A stretch of 64,000 bases of DNA from Planctomycetia bacterium. GTDB taxonomy: Bacteria; Planctomycetota; Planctomycetia; Planctomycetales; Planctomycetaceae. The notes under the pieces were generated by a model that was given only the letters and a program-made list of their open reading frames with translations, made no database searches and was not told the origin of the DNA. Position numbers and translations under genes: made by a program. The DNA lies in contig JAPLNX010000165.1 in assembly GCA_026400935.1 (NCBI GenBank), positions 2,097 through 66,096 of the forward strand, in the 5' to 3' direction. Positions 38,434-50,861 of this stretch are shown here, piece after piece (within the stretch, counting starts at the first letter, position 1; the number at the start of each line of letters is the position of its first letter).

Positions 38434-40272
38434 CTAGACCTCATCCGCTAACTGCACGAACCGAGCGACTCGTTGTTCGATGACGTCCAAGCTTTTGTTC
38501 CAGAAATCGGGCAGCGTGAGGTCGTAGCCGAGCGTTTGCTGGACCGCCTCTTCTGCGGTCATGCAACCGGTGGCGATGAGTAGTTCCCGGTAGCGTGTCG
38601 GAAAATCCCCAGCAGTCCCAGACGAGTTCTTCGCCAGCGAGAAAGCTCCCAACGACAACAGATACCCGAACGTGTAGGGGAAGTTGTAAAACGGCAAACC
38701 GGAGATGTAGAAGTGGAGCTTCGAGACCCAGAATCGAGGGTTCCAGCCATCGTCAGCCAGCGCATTGAGGTACGCCTCTTGTTGAGCTTGCTGCATTAAT
38801 TCCGAAAGCCGAGCAGTCGGAACTTCTCCTGCTAGTCGTTCGGTGTGAAACTGATTCTCGAAAATAAATCGAGCGTGGATATTCATCATGAAGGCCACCG
38901 CGTCTGACAGCATGTTGTCGAGCAACTTCAGTTCGTCTGTCGTGGTCTTCGCGGACTGAAGTTGTTGCTCACCAAGGACCGCTTCGGCAAACGTTGAAGC
39001 GGTCTCGGCCAGGTTCATCGGATAGTCTTGAAGGAAGAACGGCTGCGGCCACAGGACATGCGAGTGATACGCGTGCCCCAATTCGTGAGCCAATGTGCTC
39101 ATGCTGTCGGCCGAGTTTGTGTACGTCATAAAGATCCGCGACTGCTGTTTCGTTGGCAGTCCCGTGCAGAAACCTCCTTGCCGCTTGCCCGCGCGGTTTT
39201 CCACTTCGATCCATCGTTCGCGAATCGCCTTTTCGGCGAAGTCTCCAAAGTCAGGACTGAATTCACGGAAGGTCCGAATGACCGTGTCGCAGGCGTCGTC
39301 GTATGAAAGTTCGTCGGACGCGCCGTCTTGCGATCGCAGCGGTAGTGGCGCTGATTGGTCGTACCACGCCAGTTGCTTCTGGCCGAGCAGCTCCGCTTTC
39401 TTGGCAAAATATTTCAACAGCATCGGCTTGCGAGCGGTCACAGCGGACCACATGGCATCGAGCGTCTCCTGACGCATTCGATTCGCACGCAACGGCGCAT
39501 CGAGATGACTCTTCAATCCGAGATGCCGATACTTCGTCAGGCGAAATCCGGCGATGTGATTGATCGCGTCGGCACAGTTGTCTTGGATCGACTCCCACGC
39601 TTTGTCGGCAGCGAAGAAATTGTTCTCGCGAACCGCTCGCTGCGGCGAATCGAACATCACTTGGCCCGGCGATTTTTCGATGACCTCGCCCCGTTCCATC
39701 ACCCGGATCTTCAACTCGCCCGACAAACGATCGTACAACCGCCCCCAAGCGTGAATCGAATCGACCGCCAAATCATTCGCCAGTTGCTCTTGAGCTTTCG
39801 GCAATCGAAACGCGGCGTTGCGTCGCCGCTCGTCAAAGAAGAATCGCAATTCGCCGAGTTCACGGTTCGTCGCCAGCATCTCATCAAGCGAATTCACCTT
39901 CGCTTCTTTCACAGCGAACTCGACATTGGTCGCAATCTTTGATCGCAGCGGATCGAGAGCCGAAAGCTCGCCTTCCAGTTGCTGAAATCGCTTATTGGCA
40001 GCATCGGCAGCCGCATGACATCCGGCGAATGAAGCGAGGTCGTTGGCAAGCTTCTCGACGATCGCATACTCGGACAAAAACTTGGACCAGCCTTGGGTGT
40101 GATCGGCCGCGGAAGAGATCGCCGGCAGTCGATCCGACTCCTCGGCAAGCGTCATCAACCGTCGCTTGTAGTCACCGAATAACGCCGCAAACTCCGAAGT
40201 CTCCGGATGCGGCAGAATCGAATCGAGTTCCCAAGTCACCGGATATTTTACATTCGGACACCCATCTGACAT
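38434..40272 (-). CDS. M3-family oligoendopeptidase (PepF-like)
   Basis: Zinc motif HELGHAYH with a downstream Glu (ETASTFAE). Length and order are typical of M3B. Confidence 0.8.
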   Translation of the reverse strand: MSDGCPNVKYPVTWELDSILPHPETSEFAALFGDYKRRLMTLAEESDRLPAISSAADHTQGWSKFLSEYAIVEKLANDLASFAGCHAAADAANKRFQQLEGELSALDPLRSKIATNVEFAVKEAKVNSLDEMLATNRELGELRFFFDERRRNAAFRLPKAQEQLANDLAVDSIHAWGRLYDRLSGELKIRVMERGEVIEKSPGQVMFDSPQRAVRENNFFAADKAWESIQDNCADAINHIAGFRLTKYRHLGLKSHLDAPLRANRMRQETLDAMWSAVTARKPMLLKYFAKKAELLGQKQLAWYDQSAPLPLRSQDGASDELSYDDACDTVIRTFREFSPDFGDFAEKAIRERWIEVENRAGKRQGGFCTGLPTKQQSRIFMTYTNSADSMSTLAHELGHAYHSHVLWPQPFFLQDYPMNLAETASTFAEAVLGEQQLQSAKTTTDELKLLDNMLSDAVAFMMNIHARFIFENQFHTERLAGEVPTARLSELMQQAQQEAYLNALADDGWNPRFWVSKLHFYISGLPFYNFPYTFGYLLSLGAFSLAKNSSGTAGDFPTRYRELLIATGCMTAEEAVQQTLGYDLTLPDFWNKSLDVIEQRVARFVQLADEV

Positions 40273-40304
40273 TTCGCGACATCTCCAATTTGTTACTTAA
40301 GCAC

Positions 40305-40685
40305 TCATTCTTCGATCTGTGGATAAAAACTACTGAGAGTGTACTTCTTCCAAGCTTTGAGGACCGTGGCCCACAACTCGGCTTGTGTCGGCTTTGGTTT
40401 ACCTTGCATTTTGCGGTCAATCCGAAGACGTCCGACAGGCCGAGCCGAACCAAAGCCGCAGCAAAAATCGTCTTTTCGACGCAGGATGATAGATCGAACG
40501 TGATCCAACGTCGTCAATACGTCCTCGCAAGACTCCGGGCTTTGAAAGAACATTTCCGGACGAGCACCCAGTGCATGCACCAGATGTTGGTCAATAGCCG
40601 CAAGAAGTTGACGTTCTCTCTTCGTGAGCTTTGGCATGAAGCGTGGCCCGTTTTGCCGACGATGGATTGTCCGAGTTTGGTTCAA
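40305..40685 (-). CDS. hypothetical protein
   Basis: ORF only. An alternative start is ATG 40637 (MPKLTKRERQ). No motif recognised. Confidence 0.35.
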   Translation of the reverse strand: MNQTRTIHRRQNGPRFMPKLTKRERQLLAAIDQHLVHALGARPEMFFQSPESCEDVLTTLDHVRSIILRRKDDFCCGFGSARPVGRLRIDRKMQGKPKPTQAELWATVLKAWKKYTLSSFYPQIEE

Positions 40686-40798
40686 CGCAAAGAAGTTGAA
40701 AGAGACGGAACACTATCGGCTCGGACAAGCGAAGAAAACTTTCGGGCGTTATCTTGTGCCGTCCTTCAGATACCCCGCACTGCCAGACTTGGCACAGA

Positions 40799-40922
40799 CC
40801 CCACCGAGCTTGTCTCGGTGGAATCGGGCCTTTGCACTACGAGTGGTTTTCAATCGGCAGAAAACGTGTTTGCGCGACGTAGTGCAGAAGCCCTGAATCC
40901 ACCGAGACAAGCTCGGTGGGGG
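40799..40922. repeat. nested palindromic intergenic element, family A, copy 3 (best preserved)
   Basis: ccccaccgagcttgtctcggtggaatcgggcctttgcactacg ... cgtagtgcagaagccctgaatccaccgagacaagctcggtgggg. Each end also forms a local hairpin ccaccgag-cttgt-ctcggtgg. Confidence 0.85.
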
Positions 40923-40969
40923 TTGTGTCTTGTTCCGGATGCGGGGCAAGTCACAACCTTGAGGATGCC

Positions 40970-43777
<2,808 letters not shown>

Positions 43778-43778
43778 C

Positions 43779-43838
43779 GAGCACGATGAAATCGTGCTCC
43801 ACGAGACGTGGGGCACGTTTTCAACGTGCCTGCCCCTC
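43779..43838 (+). repeat. REP doublet, family B, copy 1 (3' flank of RAYT)
   Basis: gagcacgat-gaa-atcgtgctc, then ccacg-aga-cgtgg, then ggcacgtt-tt-aacgtgcc. It fills the gap between the mutS stop and the RAYT stop. Confidence 0.85.
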
Positions 43839-44502
43839 TCACAGCGCAAACTCCCGAGCCGACGAATATCGGTACTCCTCCGCCCGCTCCACCAACCCCG
43901 GCACCACGGGGTTGCCATGCACATAAGCCACGATCCGTTCCAACTCATCCTCATCGCGCACGCAATGGTCGTAAGACTCGCGTTGCCAGAACCCACCCGT
44001 TTCGCCGAGCAACTTGTTGCACTCCAGCGCCGAGTGCCGATTCACCGAATGCTGAATCCGTTGCCGAGGCGACCGCTCGTCGGTCGCCGGTCCCAGCGAC
44101 CGCACCCATTCGTCGAGTGGCCGGAAGACCCAGTGATAATGGCTGGGCATCACCACCCAAGCGATCAAGTCGTACCGTTCGCCGGCAAAGTGTTTCAGAG
44201 ATTTCTCGACCGCTTCCGCCAGTCGTTCGTCTTCCAAGTGTCGTGCCGCCGGTCGTCGATCAAGCCAGTCGTCGATCAAGCCAGTCGTCGTACTTGGCAA
44301 AGACCTGCTTCCATTTCTTGGTTTTCCAGTCCTCAGCGGACAAGCCCGCCGGTTTCGGTTGTCGTTCGAGGCTGCTGCGGAACCGTTCGATCTCGACCAA
44401 GCCCTGAGCCGGGATGCTGCCGAGCAAGCAGGTCGTGATGAAGTAGGTCGCACCGGGCAAGTCCCAATGCGGGAGTCTCCGGCGTGAGAACTTTTCGCGC
44501 AT
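43839..44502 (-). pseudogene. REP-associated tyrosine transposase (RAYT / IS200-like Y1 HUH) gene, frameshifted
   Basis: N-terminal frame (track ORF 44260..44574): MREKFSRRRLPHWDLPGATYFITT...KYDDWLDRR. C-terminal frame (track ORF 43839..44615): PAARHLEDE...VVMPSHYHWVF (HUH) ... AYVHGNPV (Tyr). The frames are separated by a perfect 16-bp tandem duplication at 44253-44284. Confidence 0.85.
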
Positions 44503-44528
44503 GACGTGGCCTTTGCTTTTCGGAGAAT

Positions 44529-44586
44529 GAGCACGATGAAATCGTGCTCCACGAGACGTGGGGCACGTTTCCAACGTGCCCGCCCC
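44529..44586 (+). repeat. REP doublet, family B, copy 2 (5' flank of RAYT)
   Basis: gagcacgatgaaatcgtgctccacgagacgtggggcacgtttccaacgtgcc is nearly identical to copy 1 and in the same orientation. Confidence 0.85.
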
Positions 44587-44696
44587 GATCCAATAAATCC
44601 CTCCTCGTACTCCACGTCAACTCACGAGGATCTCCGCTTCCCCCGCTCGGTTCGTTGCCGTTTCATCAAGCGCCGAGTCGTTTGACGCCCGAACAC

Positions 44697-44755
44697 GGGC
44701 GCGATGAAATTGTGCCCCACGCGGAGCACGTTTCCAACGTGCTCTCCCCTCCCCC
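44697..44755 (+). repeat. REP doublet, family B, copy 3
   Basis: ggcgcgatgaaattgtgcc-ccacgcg-gagcacgtttccaacgtgctc, upstream of the TPR gene. Confidence 0.75.
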
Positions 44756-44785
44756 TCTTTTTTGAAATTCCCCGGAGCCACCCCC

Positions 44786-45988
44786 ATGCGAATTCCCTTG
44801 CGGCGGTTTCTGTTCGGGCTGTTGCTGGTCGCGTGGAGCGTGTCCGGGGCGAGTGCTCAGGAATCGCTTCGCCAAGCGTACAACGACAGCGGCTATAAGA
44901 CGCGTGAAGAAGGCAAGTACGTCGAGGCCGAGCGGCTGTTCCGTACGGCGATTCAAGAAGCCGCATCCGCTCAGGTCCAGGACAGTACGCTCGCCGACAG
45001 CCTCAACGGCCTAGCGGTGTTGCTTCAATATCACGGCAACAACTACTACGACGCCGAGCAACTCTACAAACGCGCGTTAATACTACACGAAAAGTTTAGC
45101 GGGGCTGATTCGGCGAACGTGGCTACGACTCTCGGCAACCTCGCGGGGCTGTACAAGTCGCTGGCGAAGTTCGCGGAAGCCGAGTCACTCTACAAGCGGG
45201 CGCTCGCGATCAAAGAACAGAAGCTGGGCGCTAACCATCTCGAAGTCGCCACGCCGCTCAACAACCTCGCGGTTCTATATGAATCGCAAGGCAATTACGC
45301 GGAAGCCGAGTCGCTCTATAAACGGGCGCTCGCGATTCAAGAACAGAAATTAGCGCAGGACGATCCTAGTATTGCCTTGACGCTCAGTAATCTCGCGACG
45401 TTGTATGTTTGGCAGGGCATGTATTCCGAAGCCGAGCCGCTCTTAAAGCGGACGCTCACGATCCGAGTGCAAAAGTTCGGAGCCGACCATCCCGATGTCG
45501 TGAGCACACTCGATAACATGGGCTCATTGTACACACGGCAGCAAAGGTTCGAAGAAGCGGTCGTGCTGAAACGTCGAGTGATTAGGATTCAGGAAAAGAA
45601 TCAGTTGGCGGAGGTTACCGCTCCGGCCGGTACCATGCAGGAACTGGCCGCGCTGCTAGAGATTCAGGGGGAGACCGACGAGGCGGCGAAGCTCGACGCG
45701 CAGGCGTTAGAGGTGATTCGCCGCCGACCGCGAATCGGCGACACCACCGAGGCGCTGCGACTCACCAAAGAGGGGAACACATACTTCGAGAAGGGAGACT
45801 ACCTCCGCGCTGAAAAACTGTACTTTTTTGCGTTCATCCGTTACGAGCTTGCACTTGGTCCAGACGCTGCAAACGTCGCGCAGTTGTGGGACAACCTGTC
45901 TCGCGCGGTCGCCAAACAAGGCCGCGAAAAAGAAGCCGCCGTCTACACCCGCCGAGCCGAACGGATTCGACAAGGGCTAGGGAAGTGA
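44786..45988 (+). CDS. exported tetratricopeptide (TPR) repeat protein
   Basis: Signal peptide MRIPLRRFLFGLLLVAWSVSGASAQ. Repeated units AEAESLYKRALAI.EQKLG..H..VA..LNNLA.LY. Confidence 0.8.
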   Translation: MRIPLRRFLFGLLLVAWSVSGASAQESLRQAYNDSGYKTREEGKYVEAERLFRTAIQEAASAQVQDSTLADSLNGLAVLLQYHGNNYYDAEQLYKRALILHEKFSGADSANVATTLGNLAGLYKSLAKFAEAESLYKRALAIKEQKLGANHLEVATPLNNLAVLYESQGNYAEAESLYKRALAIQEQKLAQDDPSIALTLSNLATLYVWQGMYSEAEPLLKRTLTIRVQKFGADHPDVVSTLDNMGSLYTRQQRFEEAVVLKRRVIRIQEKNQLAEVTAPAGTMQELAALLEIQGETDEAAKLDAQALEVIRRRPRIGDTTEALRLTKEGNTYFEKGDYLRAEKLYFFAFIRYELALGPDAANVAQLWDNLSRAVAKQGREKEAAVYTRRAERIRQGLGK

Positions 45989-45993
45989 TTCGG

Positions 45994-46050
45994 GACGAGC
46001 ACGTTGGAAACGTGCTCCACGACGTGGGGCACGATTTCATCGTGCCCGGA
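45994..46050 (-). repeat. REP doublet, family B, copy 4 (inverted relative to copy 3)
   Basis: gagcacgttggaaacgtgctc-cacgacgtgg-ggcacgatttcatcgtgcc matches the reverse complement of copy 3. Confidence 0.8.
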
Positions 46051-46077
46051 ACTGTTTGATGAATGACGACGAACACC

Positions 46078-47382
46078 TCATCGCTGTTGCGATTGCCACC
46101 AGAGTTTCCAGCCGCGTTTGTCGTAGCCATAGTCTTGTTGCGCGATGCGGCGGAGGGCTTCGAGCACTTCGGAATTTTGAGTCGGCTGCAAGACGGTCAC
46201 CCATTTTGCGGAGGGCTTGGGGCCGGTTTGTTGGACGTTGACTCCGTTGGGGTATTGACCGGTCAGAAGACCGGCCGCGATTTCGGGGGGGAGACCGCCG
46301 GGGGTGCCCATTGAGCCGTCGTTGTTGAAGCCTGTGGCGATCCCTTGTTGGACTAAGACTCGAACTTTATGCGAAGTCACCAGTGCATCAACCAAAACCG
46401 GAATCGATCGGCGTGAACCGATTCGCGCGAGCAAGACTGCGGCTCGGCGGACAACGAAGTTTGCGTCATCTTTCAACGCTCGCTCGATCATTGAAGTTGC
46501 TAGGTCACGTTGGTCTTTCGGGACTGCGTCGAAGGCTCGCTCGCGAAGATCTTGGTCTGCGTCTGCAAGAGCCAGGCGAGTAAGTGGCGAGACTGGCATC
46601 GGGCCTTCGATCTGACCCAATGTCTGCACGGCTAAACGGCGAACTTCTAAGTTGGAATCTTTCGCTATGAAGTCGGTGATCGCGGGAACGGCATCGGCGT
46701 CACGCAGATCGCGAAACTTGGAGAGAGCCTCTCCCTGTCGCCGAACATCACGCCCATTGAGCCAGCCCAGCCAAAGCTTGATCTTGGGTCGCCACTCCGA
46801 TTGCTCTCGATGTCGAGCAGCACCCGCTTCGAGCTGGTCTCGCTCGATTGTCGTGATGACTCGCCCCTTGTAACGGACATAGCCAGATGCCAGCAGCTCA
46901 GCGTCAGCCTCCTCTGGGCTGACCCAGACCTTGCCCTGCAAACGGTGCCCCAAGCCGTAACGGGCCTGTTTGTGTTCTGGGTCCAGTTCCAGAATGAGCT
47001 GCAGTTGCTCCATACGCGGCTCCACTAATCCATGTTGTCGGCACCATTCGGAAAGTTGCCACCGAGCATCGACCGTATTTTCAACATGCTTGGCTTGAGA
47101 CTCATACTCTTCCACAACGCGAGGCCGCTTTGTGACAAACAAGACTTGGCTGTTGGGGATGGCGAGTTCCGCACCAGACAGCGTTTCGATCACCGTCTCG
47201 TCTAGTGGCCCTTGCTCGCGCCGAGATTTCGCATCTTGCGGTCGGACAACGCCACGAATCTCGCCTCCTTCGGTCAGTTTGACTACATCGGCTGAGGCAC
47301 ATGGAGCGAGCATCAAGAGGACAATCACTGCAAATACAGGCCGAGGCAGCACGCTGAGCGGACGGTGTAACAACTCACTCAT
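46078..47382 (-). CDS. exported HEAT-repeat protein
   Basis: Start taken at MSELLHRP..., followed by the signal VFAVIVLLMLAPCASA. HEAT/PBS-lyase-like units: SNLEVRRLAVQTLGQI, DQDLRERAFDAV, ANFVVRRAAVLLARIGSRRSIPVLVDAL. Confidence 0.7.
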   Translation of the reverse strand: MSELLHRPLSVLPRPVFAVIVLLMLAPCASADVVKLTEGGEIRGVVRPQDAKSRREQGPLDETVIETLSGAELAIPNSQVLFVTKRPRVVEEYESQAKHVENTVDARWQLSEWCRQHGLVEPRMEQLQLILELDPEHKQARYGLGHRLQGKVWVSPEEADAELLASGYVRYKGRVITTIERDQLEAGAARHREQSEWRPKIKLWLGWLNGRDVRRQGEALSKFRDLRDADAVPAITDFIAKDSNLEVRRLAVQTLGQIEGPMPVSPLTRLALADADQDLRERAFDAVPKDQRDLATSMIERALKDDANFVVRRAAVLLARIGSRRSIPVLVDALVTSHKVRVLVQQGIATGFNNDGSMGTPGGLPPEIAAGLLTGQYPNGVNVQQTGPKPSAKWVTVLQPTQNSEVLEALRRIAQQDYGYDKRGWKLWWQSQQR

Positions 47383-47857
47383 GACCGCGAACGGTATTAA
47401 TCTCGAATCAACGTCCGCAACGAATTGATGCCTCCACGAACACTGCGTCTCTGCGAGAGAATCTGATTTCCCGCAGAGGCGAGGAGTTCGCGGAGCGTTT
47501 GCGTTTGGATTCCAGTGATCGTGAAGGAGGCGAATCATTGGAGGGACTTGAATGCTTTTTGAAAAAATGACTCTGACGCAGCAATTCGCCGGTGACCTTT
47601 CCGGCCAAGATCATCGTACTCGGTGAAACGATCGCGTCGACAGCAAAGGTTCGACGAATTCTGTGTGGGATTGACCGCACGTCCAACAGACGATCAACCT
47701 GCGCCATTGGAACGTCCGGCTTTTCTGCAAGCGTTCCTCGAACTCGGCGGCTTGTCTCCTCACGATTTTATCCGTTTCCAAATTCGTGAGGTTAAACTCT
47801 GAAGCAACTGAGCCGGTTCAGTAGTCCCGCCAAGTACGTGATGTAGGCGCACTGATT

Positions 47858-49150
47858 ATGAAACTCCTCCGAAACCTCTTCTTCTGCCTGACGTGTGGCG
47901 TCGCGTCACTGAGCACTCCATTCGCAGTTCAAGCTCAATCAGCTTCGACGAATGTCACCACCGAACTCCCAACCGCGAGGACACTCAATCGGTACGGCTT
48001 GGAACGAGCTTGGTGGAGCCAAGCGACTTTGAACCCGAAACGGGACAAAGTGATGCACATGGTGATTGATGAAGAGAACGTCTACATGCAATCGTCGAAC
48101 GGTGTCGTCACCGCATTCAATGCTGATAGCGGCAGACAACTCTGGGCAGTCCAGATGGGGAACCGCGACGAGCCGGTTTTCCCTGGCGTGTCGAACGATC
48201 GGCATTTTTTGGCCGTGAATGGGATGACGCTGTATTGCGTCGATCGGTTCACCGGTCGCATGACTTGGGAGCTAATGCTGCCCGCGATGCCGTCCGTCGG
48301 GCCGTCTGTCGATGACGAACACGTTTATGTCGGCACGCTCGACGGCAGCATGTACTCGTTCGAACTGCGAAAGATTCGTGAACTAAGCCGCAACAACCGG
48401 CTGCCGAGCTGGTCGTTTCAAGCGATTCGCTGGCGATATAAGACCAGCAAAGAAATCACTTCTGCAGCGTACTCGACAGGCCGCTTGGTGAACTTCGCCA
48501 GCCGCGATGGTTCGCTGTATGCCGTCAGTTCAACGGAACGAGACCTGACGTGGCAGTTTGAAACCAACGCACCGATCACCGCTCCGTTTGCGACAACTGA
48601 TACCTCATTGGTATTGGCATCCGAGGACTTCTACGTCTATTGCCTCGATCGCAACAATGGTTTGGTCCGTTGGGAATTCGCATCCGGCTTCCCGATTCGC
48701 AAAGCTCCGCGAGTGATCGGTAAAGACCTTTACATCCTGCCGGATCGTGGCGGGTTATTTAGTCTTTCTTTGACGAACGGCGATCAGAAATGGACTCGCC
48801 CCGGTATCACCAACGTACTGGCGGCTACGAAGTCACGCTTGTTTGGAACAGATCAGACGGGCAATGTCGTAATCCTCAATCGCGCCGACGGACGACCGCT
48901 GGGCTCGTTGCCATTGCGAGCCTTCAGCATCCGTTTGGAAAACGATCGTACCGATCGGCTCTTCATGGCCACGCCATCGGGCTTGCTGATTTGCATGCGT
49001 GAGCAAGGCTCCGAATTCGCGTTCTACCATCGATATCCAGAACGTTCGCCGATCGTTCCAGATATCGAACCCGACGAACCAGCGGATGCTCCAAGCACGG
49101 ACACTCCCGCAGCAGCAATTCCGGAAGAGAAGCCGGCCGCGGCTAATTAA
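47858..49150 (+). CDS. PQQ-like beta-propeller repeat protein (BamB-like fold)
   Basis: Signal peptide. Repeated V.A.....G...W strands: VTAFNADSGRQLW, LYCVDRFTGRMTW, VYCLDRNNGLVRW. Confidence 0.7.
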   Translation: MKLLRNLFFCLTCGVASLSTPFAVQAQSASTNVTTELPTARTLNRYGLERAWWSQATLNPKRDKVMHMVIDEENVYMQSSNGVVTAFNADSGRQLWAVQMGNRDEPVFPGVSNDRHFLAVNGMTLYCVDRFTGRMTWELMLPAMPSVGPSVDDEHVYVGTLDGSMYSFELRKIRELSRNNRLPSWSFQAIRWRYKTSKEITSAAYSTGRLVNFASRDGSLYAVSSTERDLTWQFETNAPITAPFATTDTSLVLASEDFYVYCLDRNNGLVRWEFASGFPIRKAPRVIGKDLYILPDRGGLFSLSLTNGDQKWTRPGITNVLAATKSRLFGTDQTGNVVILNRADGRPLGSLPLRAFSIRLENDRTDRLFMATPSGLLICMREQGSEFAFYHRYPERSPIVPDIEPDEPADAPSTDTPAAAIPEEKPAAAN

Positions 49151-49343
49151 TCGAGGTTGATTCCGCAGTTTGAAGGCTGGCTGCTTACGGTCGGCAGTGC
49201 GCCGTTTGCACCACTTCATCGCATTGGACAAGACGTGACGCCGCGCACTCTGCAGATATGGTGTCACGCAACCAAATCGACTTACGATGCGAGAGTTCTC
49301 GATAGCCAACAGCGAGCCGTCGATGAAGGATCGTCGGATGAAA

Positions 49344-50861
49344 TTACGTCAGCACATCTCGCAGCACGTGACCATGCACGTCGGTTAAGCGGCGTTCGAT
49401 GCCATTGTGGTAGAAGCTGAGTCGTTCGTGGTTGAGGCCGATGAGGTGCAAAATCGTGGCGTGGAGATCGTAGATCGTGGCTACGTTTTGAATCGCGTGA
49501 TGCCCGAACTCGTCGGTCGCACCGTAAGAAAATGGAGCTTTCACGCCTGCTCCGGAAAGCCATACAGTGAAGCCTTTGGGGTTGTGATCGCGACCGTTAG
49601 CTCCCTTTTGGAACGTCGGCATCCGACCGAATTCCGTGACCCATGCAACTAGCGTGTCTTCAAGCAAGCCACGTTGCTTGAGGTCGCGCAACAAAGCGGC
49701 GCACGGCTGATCGAGAATCGGGCCATGAACGCTGTATTGCTCTTTGAGCGTTTTGTGTCCGTCCCAATTGCCGACTCCCTCACCCATCGCATAGGAGCCG
49801 TTAAAGAGTTGTACGAACCGGACGCCTCGTTCGAGCAATCGTCGAGCGAGTAAGCAATTTCGCGCAAAGCCGGCTTTGTTCTTGTTCTCGTCTTGAGTTC
49901 CATACGACTTGTGTGTGTCGATGGATTCGCTCGACAAGTCCGCCACTGCTGCCGCGCTGAGCTGCATTTTGGCCGCGAGTTCATAACTCGCGATGCGTGC
50001 CAACAACTCCGAATCGCCGGGATGTTGTTCGAGATGTTTCGCATTTAGTCGCTTGAGGAAGTCACGTGTTGAACGATCGGTCGCTTCAGAAATCTCCGGC
50101 GGACGACGCAAGTTGGGGAGCGGCTTGTCGGCGGTGAAAGGCGTTCCTTGAAACGATGCGGGAAGAAACTTCGAGTTCCAGTGACTTGGTCCAATTTGTG
50201 GAACGCCACGCGGATCGGGAATCGCAACAAATGCTGGCAGATCGGAACTCTCGCAACCGAGCGCATAGCTGACCCAACAGCCGATTCCCGGAAAGCCGTC
50301 CAAGATAAAACCGGTACTCATCTGATTTTCGGCTGGACCGTGCGTGTTCGACTTGGCGGTCATCGAATGAATGAAGCACATTTCGTCAGCCAGTTCCGCG
50401 AGGTTCGGCAACAGATCACTAACCATCTTGCCTGACTCGCCACGCGGGCGGAACGGCCAAATCGGTTTAATGAGATTGCCGTTCTCACCTTGAAACGTGA
50501 TGAGTTTTTCTGAACCTGGCATCGGCGTGTCGTGTCGTTTGATGAGTTCCGGTTTGTAATCAAACGTGTCGATATGACTGACCGCACCGGAGCAGAAGAT
50601 GAGCAAGACGCGATTCGCTCGCGGTGCGAAATGCGGCTGGCGCGCGGCATACGGAGTCTCCGGTTTTATGAGTGGTCGAATGGGTGAGTTGCTGTTGCTG
50701 AGGGGTGATGTTTCAGCCGCAGAGACTCGATCGGTCAACAAACCCTGCGAAGCGAACAACGACGTCAGCGCGAGGCCGCTTAACCCTTGAGTCGAATCAC
50801 TCAAGAAGCGTCGTCGGTCGAGTAATTGCAGTCCAGAAAGTGAAATCGGGCGATTGGTCAT
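49344..50861 (-). CDS. DUF1501 domain protein (sulfatase-like), Tat signal
   Basis: [11 protein letters not shown] twin-arginine signal. It has DTFDYKP and a GRDHNP-type motif ([12 protein letters not shown]), characteristic of DUF1501. Confidence 0.85.
   Translation of the reverse strand: MTNRPISLSGLQLLDRRRFLSDSTQGLSGLALTSLFASQGLLTDRVSAAETSPLSNSNSPIRPLIKPETPYAARQPHFAPRANRVLLIFCSGAVSHIDTFDYKPELIKRHDTPMPGSEKLITFQGENGNLIKPIWPFRPRGESGKMVSDLLPNLAELADEMCFIHSMTAKSNTHGPAENQMSTGFILDGFPGIGCWVSYALGCESSDLPAFVAIPDPRGVPQIGPSHWNSKFLPASFQGTPFTADKPLPNLRRPPEISEATDRSTRDFLKRLNAKHLEQHPGDSELLARIASYELAAKMQLSAAAVADLSSESIDTHKSYGTQDENKNKAGFARNCLLARRLLERGVRFVQLFNGSYAMGEGVGNWDGHKTLKEQYSVHGPILDQPCAALLRDLKQRGLLEDTLVAWVTEFGRMPTFQKGANGRDHNPKGFTVWLSGAGVKAPFSYGATDEFGHHAIQNVATIYDLHATILHLIGLNHERLSFYHNGIERRLTDVHGHVLRDVLT

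Noticed and set aside
47383-47857. 475-nt divergent intergenic region (HEAT and PQQ-propeller genes) with the hairpin cctcacgatttt...aaattcgtgagg (about 47757-47790), screened for small RNA genes
   Set aside because: I recognised no tRNA, 6S, SRP or RNase P-like sequence. The hairpin has an internal mismatch and no T-run. Track ORF 47408..47707 has no motifs.
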